A stretch of 63,155 nt of DNA, filler included, from Octopus bimaculoides (Eukaryota): the NCBI RefSeq assembly GCF_001194135.2. It is 6 parts of 5 records of this genome, joined end to end, with 100 filler letters (N's around TTAATTAATTAA, not from the genome) between each part and the next. Parts side by side here need not be neighbours in the genome. Positions count along the whole stretch, not along the records: positions 1 to 15,126 come from NC_068985.1; 5 more parts are not named here. One strand, 5' to 3'. Both the position numbers and the translations under genes were made by a program. This document shows positions 1-9,158 of the stretch, piece after piece. Position 1 is the stretch's first letter. Each line of letters opens with the position of its first letter. The notes under the pieces are model-generated. The model worked only from the letters and a program-made list of their open reading frames with translations, did no database searches and had not been told where the DNA came from.

Positions 1-423
1 TCTCTCTCTCTCTCCTCTCTCTCTCTCGCACAGACGCGCACAAGCATACCCATGCACACACACACACACATACACACACATACACACACATACACACACA
101 TACACACATACACACAACGGTGTATATGCGCGTGCGTGAGTGTGCGCGCACGGGCGCGCTTGTGTGTTCTCACACAATGACAAGGTTAAAATAGCTGATA
201 AAAGCGACAATGGTGATGACGATGATGATGATGACAACGACGACGATGATGATGACAATGCAAAAAAAAAGAAAAGAAATTCGATTTAAACAACTCATGC
301 TAACCACTTACAAATGTCACATTTTCCTTTTTCTTCTTCTCCACCTCTCAATCTCTCCCATTTCACTCTACCCCCCACCCCACCCCCACTGCATTTGCGT
401 GTGTGTGTGTGTGTGTGTGTGTG
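1..423. repeat. Compound microsatellites (TC)n, (CA)n/(TACACACACA)n, (GAT)n, (GT)n
   Basis: Directly visible tandem repeats; the ORF 210-491 is a by-product. Confidence 0.95.
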
Positions 424-811
424 AATATATACACACGCACCACGTTTTTTTTCTCTTTCACATGTCTATAAACATACATTCATACGCATAAACATACGTT
501 CGTACACATATACACGTGCGCATGCGCGCACAAACCCCTCCGCAATTCACATATCCAACACCCACACACGGTTATAATATGTTGGGAAATAAACCAAAAA
601 AAAAAAAAAGCATAGAAAAATAAATAAACAAATAAAGAGAGCGAGACACAAAGGTAGTGGGTATGGCAGACCAGTATATTGAGATAACCTATATTTTTTA
701 CATACACGCTGTTAGCAGATATTTTTTGTTGAGTCAATATAGGCTAACTTGATATAATATAGAGCAATTTAGATCAGCTCCTTTCTGTTCAATTAGTACA
801 AGCCCTACTAA

Positions 812-1723
812 AGTTTGGCAAAATGGTTAGCACGCAGGACAAACTGCTAAGCGACATTCCTTCCAGCTCGTTACGTTCTGTGTTCAAATTCTGCCGTAAT
901 CGACTTTGCCCTTGTTCCTTTCATGGTCCATAAAATAATTACTAATTGAGCATTGAGGGCAATGGAATCGATTAATCCTTCTCCACAAAGTTTCATGCTT
1001 AGCCTATAGTAGAAGGAATTATAATCATTATTTATTTACGGCCTAAAAGGCGGCGAGCGGGCAGAATCATTAGTACGCTGGAGAAATGCTTAGCGGCGTT
1101 TCGCCCGTCGCTACGTTCTGAGTTCAAGTTCCGCCGAGGTCGACTTTGCCTTTCATCCTTTCGGGGTCGATTAAATAAGTACCAGTTACGCACTGGTGTC
1201 GATGTAATCGACTACCTCACCCAAATTTCAGGCCTTGTGCCTATAGTAGAAAAGAATATTTATTCACTGTTCAAAGGCGGTGAGCTGGCAGAATCGTTAG
1301 CTCGCCGGGCAAAATGTTTAACAGTATTTCGTCCGCTTTTACGTTCTGAGTTCAAGTTCCGCCGAGGTCGACTTTGCCTTTCATTCTTTCGGGGTCAATA
1401 AATTACATACCAGTTGAGAACTGGAATCTATGTTATTGACTATCCCCCTTCCCCCAAATTTCAGGTCGTGTACCTATTATAGAAAGCATTATTTATTACT
1501 ATTCAAAGGCGGCGAGCTAGCAGGACCGTTAACACGCAGGACAAAATGCTTAGCGGCATTTTTTCCGGCTTAACGTTCTGAGTTCAAATGTCGCCGAGGT
1601 CAGCTTTGCTTTTCATTCTTTCGTGACTAATAAAATAAGTAGCAGCTGAGCACCAGGGTTGATGTAATCAACTCGCACACCCACTCCTTAAAACTGTTTG
1701 TCTGGTGCTAAAATTTGAAATCA
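812..1723 (+). mobile_element. Head-to-tail array of four tRNA-derived SINE copies (family A, MetaSINE-like core)
   Basis: Units starting ~812, 1049, 1276, 1508 share GGCGGYGAGCTGGCAGAATCGTTAGC (A-box-like), GAGTTCAAATT (B-box-like) and GCCGAGGTCGACTTTGCCTTTCATCCTTTCGGGGTCGATAAATTAAGTACCAG; ATT-rich linkers. Confidence 0.85.
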
Positions 1724-2633
1724 TAATTTATCATTATTCAACCTTTTTAAGTTCCATTTGTAAGAAAAGTGAGAGTGGAGGGGAAGGTACTACCCCCTCT
1801 TATACGTATTAAATTTCTAAGAAGGTGGATAAATGTAGCGAGAAGGGCACAAATGAATGAACCTGCTCTAACTGTGCACATGTAGACTGTAAATTTCGGA
1901 GGAGAGTGGAACACTTACCTTGTTGCTCCTGGTGAGCAGGGTGAATCGATAACTGTAGGGTTCNNNNNNNNNNNNNNNNNNNNNNNNNNNNNNNNNNNNN
2001 NNNNNNNNNNNNNNNNNNNNNNNNNNNNNNNNNNNNNNNNNNNNNNNNNNNNNNNNNNNNNNNNNNNNNNNNNNNNNNNNNNNNNNNNNNNNNNNNNNNN
2101 NNNNNNNNNNNNNNNNNNNNNNNNNNNNNNNNNNNNNNNNNNNNNNNNNNNNNNNNNNNNNNNNNNNNNNNNNNNNNNNNNNNNNNNNNNNNNNNNNNNN
2201 NNNNNNNNNNNNNNNNNNNNNNNNNNNNNNNNNNNNNNNNNNNNNNNNNNNNNNNNNNNNNNNNNNNNNNNNNNNNNNNNNNNNNNNNNNNNNNNNNNNN
2301 NNNNNNNNNNNNNNNNNNNNNNNNNNNNNNNNNNNNNNNNNNNNNNNNNNNNNNNNNNNNNNNNNNNNNNNNNNNNNNNNNNNNNNNNNNNNNNNNNNNN
2401 NNNNNNNNNNNNNNNNNNNNNNNNNNNNNNNNNNNNNNNNNNNNNNNNNNNNNNNNNNNNNNNNNNNNNNNNNNNNNNNNNNNNNNNNNNNNNNNNNNNN
2501 NNNNNNNNNNNNNNNNNNNNNNNNNNNNNNNNNNNNNNNNNNNNNNNNNNNNNNNNNNNNNNNNNNNNNNNNNNNNNNNNNNNNNNNNNNNNNNNNNNNN
2601 NNNNNNNNNNNNNNNNNNNNNNNNNNNNNNNNN

Positions 2634-2826
2634 CCGATATACATTAAGTGCCGACTACATAAACAAACGATTCTTCGTTTTATTTGCTTTTTTCATTTTA
2701 AATTTGCTTTAACCCTAACCCTAACCCTAACCTTAGGGTTAGGTTTAGGGTTAGAGTTAGGGTTAGGGTTAGGGTTAATTGTTTCAGAATCGTTTGTTTA
2801 TGTAGTCGGCACTTAATGTATATCGG
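2634..2826. repeat. Palindromic element: 41-bp perfect inverted repeat enclosing (TAACCC)n followed by (TTAGGG)n
   Basis: CCGATATACATTAAGTGCCGACTACATAAACAAACGATTCT (2634-2674) is the exact reverse complement of 2786-2826; telomere-type repeats at 2710-2776. Confidence 0.95.
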
Positions 2827-3117
2827 CTGAATGGACGTCAGTGATTGGTTGAAATTACAGAAATACGACAACTTTAACATGGAATAATTTATGGATTTCT
2901 TTTTTTTTAAAGAAGACTAAGAGAAAAAGATGTTTTATATGACACATTCTACCAGTGTTCCAAGTTTCAAAGTGTTCCGTTAATGAAAAATGTGGCCCCC
3001 GTTTTAAAAAAGATCCAATTATTCGATTCAATGTAAATCTCCAGGCTTTATGTCCATCTTTGTATCTTCCCCCTTTATCTGTCGTTCTGGTAGCAAATAA
3101 AGAAACCACCACCATCA

Positions 3118-3456
3118 ATTTTCTGCAGGTCGATTAGCCGATCCCACACAAAAGGTCCTTGAATAAGGGTTGTTTAAGGATGATGAACAAAGCACTCATG
3201 TTTCTAAAGGTGAATTATCCAAACCCCCCAAAATTCCTCTCAACACATGGCTATGATGCTCCTCCACTACTACTGCTAGTGATCAGAGGTGCACATATCG
3301 TCAACCACTAAGGAACATGCTCAACTGGTTAAGGTCAAGCAAATGACAAGCAAATCTGACAAGAATATCTACTGTAGCCCAATGTACATGAGAACATTTC
3401 CTATCAGTTAAGATCAGAAGCCATGAGAGCCATTGCCTGGTACTGCATCAGAGCAT
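3118..3456 (-). mobile_element. Partial copy of unclassified non-coding interspersed element (family X)
   Basis: Collinear with 5610-5978 (e.g. AAAAGGTCCTTGAATAA, CTCTCAACACATGGCTATGAT, CCATGAGAGC..TGCCTGGTACTGCATCAG); abuts the (ATT)n tract 3458-3603. Confidence 0.7.
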
Positions 3457-3457
3457 A

Positions 3458-3522
<65 letters not shown>

Positions 3523-3524
3523 CA

Positions 3525-3601
<77 letters not shown>

Positions 3602-3603
3602 TG
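3458..3603. repeat. (ATT)n microsatellite
   Basis: Direct. Confidence 0.98.
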
Positions 3604-3611
3604 TTAAAGAT

Positions 3612-4055
3612 TGACATAACTCTTTAACGGGCACAAGAGCAGTTGTTCTACAAAACTTGCCGAACATTTTACATCAACTGGCTGCATTTTGAGGAACACC
3701 TGAAGTGCACATTCTCAGAAAATATTCCGAATATACTACACTTCCAGTCCTCAAAATGCATAACAGCAAATATGTTTGTGAGTTACTAACACTACGCCCT
3801 GGTGAGATGAATATACTTTCGGGTGAATACCATCACATTTACACAAAACTGTTCGAATAAATATTCTTTTTTCTGTTTTCTTTTTTCCTTTTTTTTTTCC
3901 TTTTGCAAGTTGCAAAATTGATGACTGATGATGTCATTCTGTCAAAGTGGGAACGCAGAATTTCCTCGTTTATATGTTTTTGAATTCCTGTGTTTCTTCA
4001 TTTTACATTTTGAACTTGAAAAAGACTGACGAACAGTCGAAATATTGTTCAAACC
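3612..4055 (+). mobile_element. 5'-truncated Penelope-like element (Neptune-type GIY-YIG C-terminus, 3' UTR, hammerhead)
   Basis: Frameshifted translation FNGHKSSCSTKLAEHFTSTGC / VHILRKYSEYTTLPVLKMHNSKYVCELLTLRPGEMN* resembles the Neptune EN tail (H...HF, L-T-x-x-P-x-G-x-N); followed by a hammerhead motif at 4009-4053. Confidence 0.65.
4009..4053 (+). ncRNA. Minimal type I hammerhead ribozyme motif (PLE type, U3-A8 variant)
   Basis: TTTGAAC/GTTCAAA stem I (7 bp); core TTGAAAA plus one A; stem II GACTG-ACGAA-CAGTC; GAAA; palindromic AT|AT stem III; AUU triplet. Confidence 0.7.
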
Positions 4056-4067
4056 AATAATTTATTA

Positions 4068-5069
4068 TCAGGTCATCCCATAAGTTCTGCCCGATTTTAC
4101 CTTTCTTAAAACTGAATGAAATTTAATAGTATTTTAGAATGTCTAATGGAATTTAAAATTATTTTTATGCATTTGTGTACATTTAAACTAATTAAATATT
4201 ATTTTACAGAATAATAGAATTAAGATTTCTCTGATTAAAACCCTTTCTAACATGGAAGTATCCAAAGTGCATTTGTGGCACATAATGCTTTATGAGTACA
4301 AAAAAGGAAACTCTGCAGCCGAAGCGACTCGAAACATACACTCAGGTTATGGGAAAGAATGCTTGAATGAAAGAACTTGCAGATGGTTTGCAAAATTCAG
4401 AAGTGCAGATTTCAGCCTTGAAGATGAAGATCGAACATGAGTTGAGTTTGATGATAAGCTCCTTGAGGTATTACTTGAAGAAAATCCAGCATTATCAGTT
4501 GAAGAATTGGCAATAAAGCTAAGTTCAAACCATACAACTGTTCATCATCATCTTCAACAACTTGGAAAGGTTCCTAAACTTGGAAAATGGGTGCCTCATG
4601 AATTGTCCGAAAGCAACCGCAAATCCCGATTTGACATCTGCTCTTCTCTCCATTCTCGCGAACTCATTTTACCCTCTTTGGATAGACTGGTGGCGAAAAA
4701 TGGATCTTCTATCGAAACGTTAAACGTCGTAAACAGTGGCTTGGTAAAAGGGGAAAAGCTCAACCACAACAGAGAAAGGAACTTTATGGAAAAAAGGTTC
4801 TTCTCTCTATCTGGTAGGATTGCAAAGGAGTAATTCACTTTGAATTGTTACCACCTAATGCAACAATCAATGCTCAAGTCTACTGTCAGCAATTAGAGCG
4901 TTTGAACCAAGAGTTTTATATTGATGAGATTAAAAAGTTTGTAAATAGATGGAAAGACGTCATAGATAATCAGGGAAAGTACGTTGATGATTAAATTTCA
5001 ATTAAATATAACATTTGATTGCTTGTTTTCTTTATTCAAAATTCAGACAGAACTTATGAGATGACCTGA
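4068..5069 (+). mobile_element. Mariner (Mos1/SETMAR-like) element, internally deleted, both TIRs present
   Basis: TIRs TCAGGTCATCCCATAAGTTCTG / CAGAACTTATGAGATGACCTGA flanked by TA; ORF pieces 4252-4440 (HTH) and 4507-4833 (WVPHEL) with stops and frameshifts. Confidence 0.92.
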
Positions 5070-5100
5070 TACAATTGCATTGCGCTCTTATTGTCTATTC

Positions 5101-5415
5101 GGCGAGCTGGCAGAATCGTTAGCATGCCGGGCAAAATGCTCAGCGGTATTTCGTCCGTCTTTACGTTCTGAGTTCAAACTCCGCCGAGGTCGCCTTTGCT
5201 TTTCTTCCTCTCGGGGTCGATGAAATAAGTACCAGGTATGTCGCTATGTTCTGAGTTCAAATTCCGCCGAGGTCAACTTCGCCTTTCATCTTTTTGTGGT
5301 CGATTTTGCCTTTCATCCTTTCGGAGTCAATAAATTATGCACCAGTGAAATACTGGGGTCAATCTAACCGACTAGTCCCCTCCTTACAGGCCTTGTGCCT
5401 TTAGTAGAAAGGATT
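5101..5415 (+). mobile_element. SINE family A with internal duplications of the core
   Basis: Head GGCGAGCTGGCAGAATCGTTAGC; GTTCTGAGTTCAAA..GCCGAGGTC occurs twice; TTTGCCTTTCATC-type segment occurs three times. Confidence 0.85.
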
Positions 5416-5427
5416 ATTATTAATATT

Positions 5428-5975
5428 GAGTGAGAGAGCAGTGCATGCCATCAAAGTGACACTGGTGTACAAATATATGAAACCCAATATACCAATCATG
5501 ACTACCCGTCTAACGGTATACCAGGCACATGCATCACAGCCATATGTGCACAACATATTGATCTCATATCAAGATAAACAGTCCATGACCTTGTAGGTGG
5601 AGCCCAGTTAGAATTTTTTTCAGGTTAAGTAGCACATCTCGCTCAAAAGGTCCTTGAATAAAGGTTGTTTGAGGATGTTGAACGAAACATTCATGTTTCC
5701 AGAGGTAAATTATTCACACTCCAAAGAATACCTCTCAACACATGGCTATGATACTCCCCACAACTTCTGCTCGTGATCAGAGATGCACACACTGTTAGTC
5801 ACTAAGGGATATATTCAACTTATGCTCAAACAACTGACAAGCAAATCTGTGGTATTGAGCAGAATATTTGCTGTAGCCCATCTTTTATACCATGACAAAA
5901 CATTGTACATGATATCACTTCCACTCAGTTAAGATCAAAAGCCATGAGAGCTAGTGCCTGGTACTGCATCAGGGC

Positions 5976-5978
<3 letters not shown>
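5428..5978 (-). mobile_element. Unclassified ~550-bp non-coding element (family X), apparently complete, between (AAT)n tracts
   Basis: On the minus strand it reads (AAT)n-AATGCCCTGATGCAGTACCAGG...CTGCTCTCTCACTC-AATATTAATAATAAT; second copy at 3118-3456; no coding capacity seen. Confidence 0.7.
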
Positions 5979-6047
<69 letters not shown>

Positions 6048-6049
6048 CG

Positions 6050-6250
6050 TTTGGTTTCAATGTGTTTTGCATCGGATCCCAAAAGTTTGCTGAATTTTGT
6101 TGAAGCATCTTGTTTACTGGTGGAATTTTTGTTGATTCTTTAAACGAAGATACCAGCCCCACTGGATGAAGCGGGGATTGCACAGTTTTCTTGATTTCAG
6201 TTGTTTTTCTCTCCTTGTTGGAAATATGGTGAGGACAATACCAACTAATA
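6050..6250 (-). pseudogene. Possible fragment of the R4/Dong LINE pre-RT region
   Basis: Minus-strand LRLKNQQKFHQ and QNSANFWDPM resemble the NQKKFY...FW motif upstream of R4-clade RTs; weak. Confidence 0.3.
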
Positions 6251-6789
6251 GATTCAATGGAGAAGTACTACTACTCCTACTACTAAAAGCTTGCACGAGA
6301 ACAACAACAATAATGACTTACTGCAGCATTTTTAACAATACAAGGAACACAATAACAACAGCAGTAGTGATAGAAGCAGTAGCAATGCAACAATAGCAAC
6401 AACACATTTAGCAACAGTTGCAGTCACAGCAGTGAAATAAATGGCGAGACAAAATGGCGGAGGCGATTCCCTGGGCAAACAATCGCTTGCAGGAAGGCGG
6501 CGAAATGATTCAGTATCGCTTGCTCGCCCTTACAAGAAGGATTACTTGACGCAGGTGAAGCCATGAGGGTGAATTGGCGAAAAGTAGAAGTTACCATCCA
6601 AGTCGAGGTTTTGACAGAAATCTCACGAAAGACGGTAGTGTATCGCTGCGCGTTGGTTAAAAACTGGTACCTGGAAGCAGTGATACAGGTGGAAATTGTT
6701 CAGATGGAAAGTGCCCTGAAAGAAATATGGTCAGCTATAGATCATGTGACCAGCTAATGAAGCTAAAAAAATTGATAATAATAATAAAG

Positions 6790-6820
<31 letters not shown>

Positions 6821-6821
<1 letters not shown>

Positions 6822-8832
6822 GGCTGTAAAAATCAGCTACTGATCAATAAAACCATAACTGAAGACACCCGCAGAAAGAAGAAGGGTCTAAGTATGGCCT
6901 GGATCGATTACCGAAAGGCTTTTGATAGTATTCCCCACAACGGGATCCTAGAAACACTAGCCATGAACAAGGTAGCACCAATAATCATAAAATATATAAA
7001 ACATTCCGTGAATAAATGGCAGACAATGCAACAGCTCCAGACAAAAGGACTCATAAAAACCAAAGCTATCCTCATTAGAAGAGGAACATTCCAGGGAGAT
7101 ACACCCTCTTCACTCCTTTTCTGCTTGGCACTGACACCTTTATCTGACATGCTAAACAGAACTAGATGTGGATACAACTGTTATGGCAAAACAATTAGCC
7201 ACCTCTTATATATGGATGATCTACAACTGTACGCTACAAATGAAAACCAGCTGGAAGCATTACTACAGACAGTACATGGATTTACCAAAGAAATAAACAT
7301 GAAGTTTGGTTTAGAAAAATGTGCCAAAGCAACCTTGAAAAAAGGAAAATAGTTAAGAGTAGCAGCATCACACGAGATAAAGCAAATGAACTAAAAGAAT
7401 TAGACCAAAGCCAGGCATGCAAATACTTTGGAATCAATGAACTAGATACGATACAACACACACAAATGAAAGAGAAGATAAGAAAGGAATACTATATACG
7501 AGTTAGATTAATATTGAAAACAGAGCTCAATGCGAAAAAAAAAAAAGATAATTGGTATGAACACTTTAGCCGTCCCAGTTATAAGTTACAGCTCCAATAT
7601 CCTTAACTGGATTCTAAATAAACTAATCAAAATAGACAGGAAAACAAGAAAAATAATGACAGGATTTAGGATGCATCATCCAAAATCTGACATAGAAAGG
7701 CTATATATACAACGTATGGAAGGTAGCAGAGGCCTTATACAGCTAGAAAGCTATTACAAAATAACCACCTTAGGATTAAAAAAATATCTACTTCAGAAGC
7801 AAGAAAAACTAATACAAATAGCCACAAAACACGATCAAAACAAAGAACTGTTTTCAGTCCTTAAGGAAGCTGACAAATACAAAAACGAAGTCATGATACC
7901 TTACAACTATAAAGAAAAAGAAGAAACAACAAAAGCTGTAAAACAACTGAAATCCAAACTAAAACTATAACAGCAACAGATCATGATAAAACGATGGCAA
8001 GAAAAGCCCCTTCATGGCAAATACTGGGTTAAACTAAACGCAAAAGATATAAACAAAGCAAAATCCCAACAATGGCTGAGAAGCTCAGGACTCAAAGCAG
8101 AGACTGAAGGATTTTTAATTGCAGCACAAGACCAAAGCCTCCCCATCAGAAATTACCAAAACCATATAATGAAAAGAAACACAATTAACTGCAGAATATG
8201 TGGAGATTGACAAGAAACAATAAACCATATTGTCTCTGGCTAACAAGGAATATATTCACAGACACGACAGAGTTGGGACCTATATACACTGGAAACTATG
8301 CCAATACTATGGAATAACAACAGACAAAAATGTTATAGGTACACGCCAGAAAAGGTCACAGAAAATGGGAAAGCAACCATATTATGAGATATGCCAATAC
8401 ACACAGAGAAATTAAGGCCAATCTGCCGGATATAGTTCTCAGCGATCATCACGGAAAAAACTTATTTCTAGTCGATGTATCAATACCAACAGATGACAAC
8501 GTTTCTCTAAAAGAAATGGGAAAACTTTCAAAATACAAAGACCTGGAAATAGAGGTAACTCGAATGTGGAGTCTAAAAACAGAAACAATTCCTATAATAG
8601 TAGGCGCATTAGTTATGATGAAAAAATATTCAGACAAATGCATAACAAAAACACCAGGACTAACAAGTATATATAACATACAGAAAATAGCACAACTTGG
8701 CACCGCACACATCCTACGTAAAACTTTCAATACAGTAAAAATAAGGGCATCACAACAAACCACAGCACATACCCAAGGCACAAAGAATTGCGCTCGGTAG
8801 TGCAGTGGAAGCAGGTGATAAAAATAAGACTA

Positions 8833-8837
<5 letters not shown>
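6821..8837 (+). mobile_element. R4/Dong-clade non-LTR retrotransposon, 5'-truncated, decayed
   Basis: RT motifs WIDYRKAFDSIPH, GTFQGD..S.LLF, HLLYMDDL; CCHC knuckle CRICGD..ETI.H; restriction-like endonuclease PDIV...DVSIP.D...K..KY.DL; 3' UTR ends in (AAT)n; preceded by (AAT)n at 6774-6820. Confidence 0.92.
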
Positions 8838-8885
<48 letters not shown>

Positions 8886-8890
8886 TAATA

Positions 8891-8928
<38 letters not shown>

Positions 8929-8949
8929 AATGATAATAATAATAATTTT

Positions 8950-9158
8950 AAATTTTGGCACAAAGCCAGAAATTTCGGTAGATGCTATAAATCAATTACA
9001 TCGATCCCAGTGCTCAACTGGTACTTATTTTATCGAACCCGAAGGGGATGAAAGGCAAAGTTGACTTCGGCGGCATTTGCACTCAGAACATAAAGACGGA
9101 GGAAATGCTGCAAACATTTTGCCCGGCATGCTAACGATTCTGCCAGCTCGCCTCCTTA
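8950..9158 (-). mobile_element. SINE family A
   Basis: Reverse complement of the family A head and core (CTGCCAGCTCGCC at ~9139-9151). Confidence 0.85.

Noticed and set aside
812-1723. CRISPR-like array (also considered for 27467-27655)
   Set aside because: Eukaryotic context; units are long SINEs or contiguous minisatellite copies with no unique spacers and no cas genes.
2710-2776. Ancient telomere-telomere fusion site
   Set aside because: Orientation is (CCCTAA)n then (TTAGGG)n, the reverse of a fusion scar, and it is enclosed by an inverted repeat.
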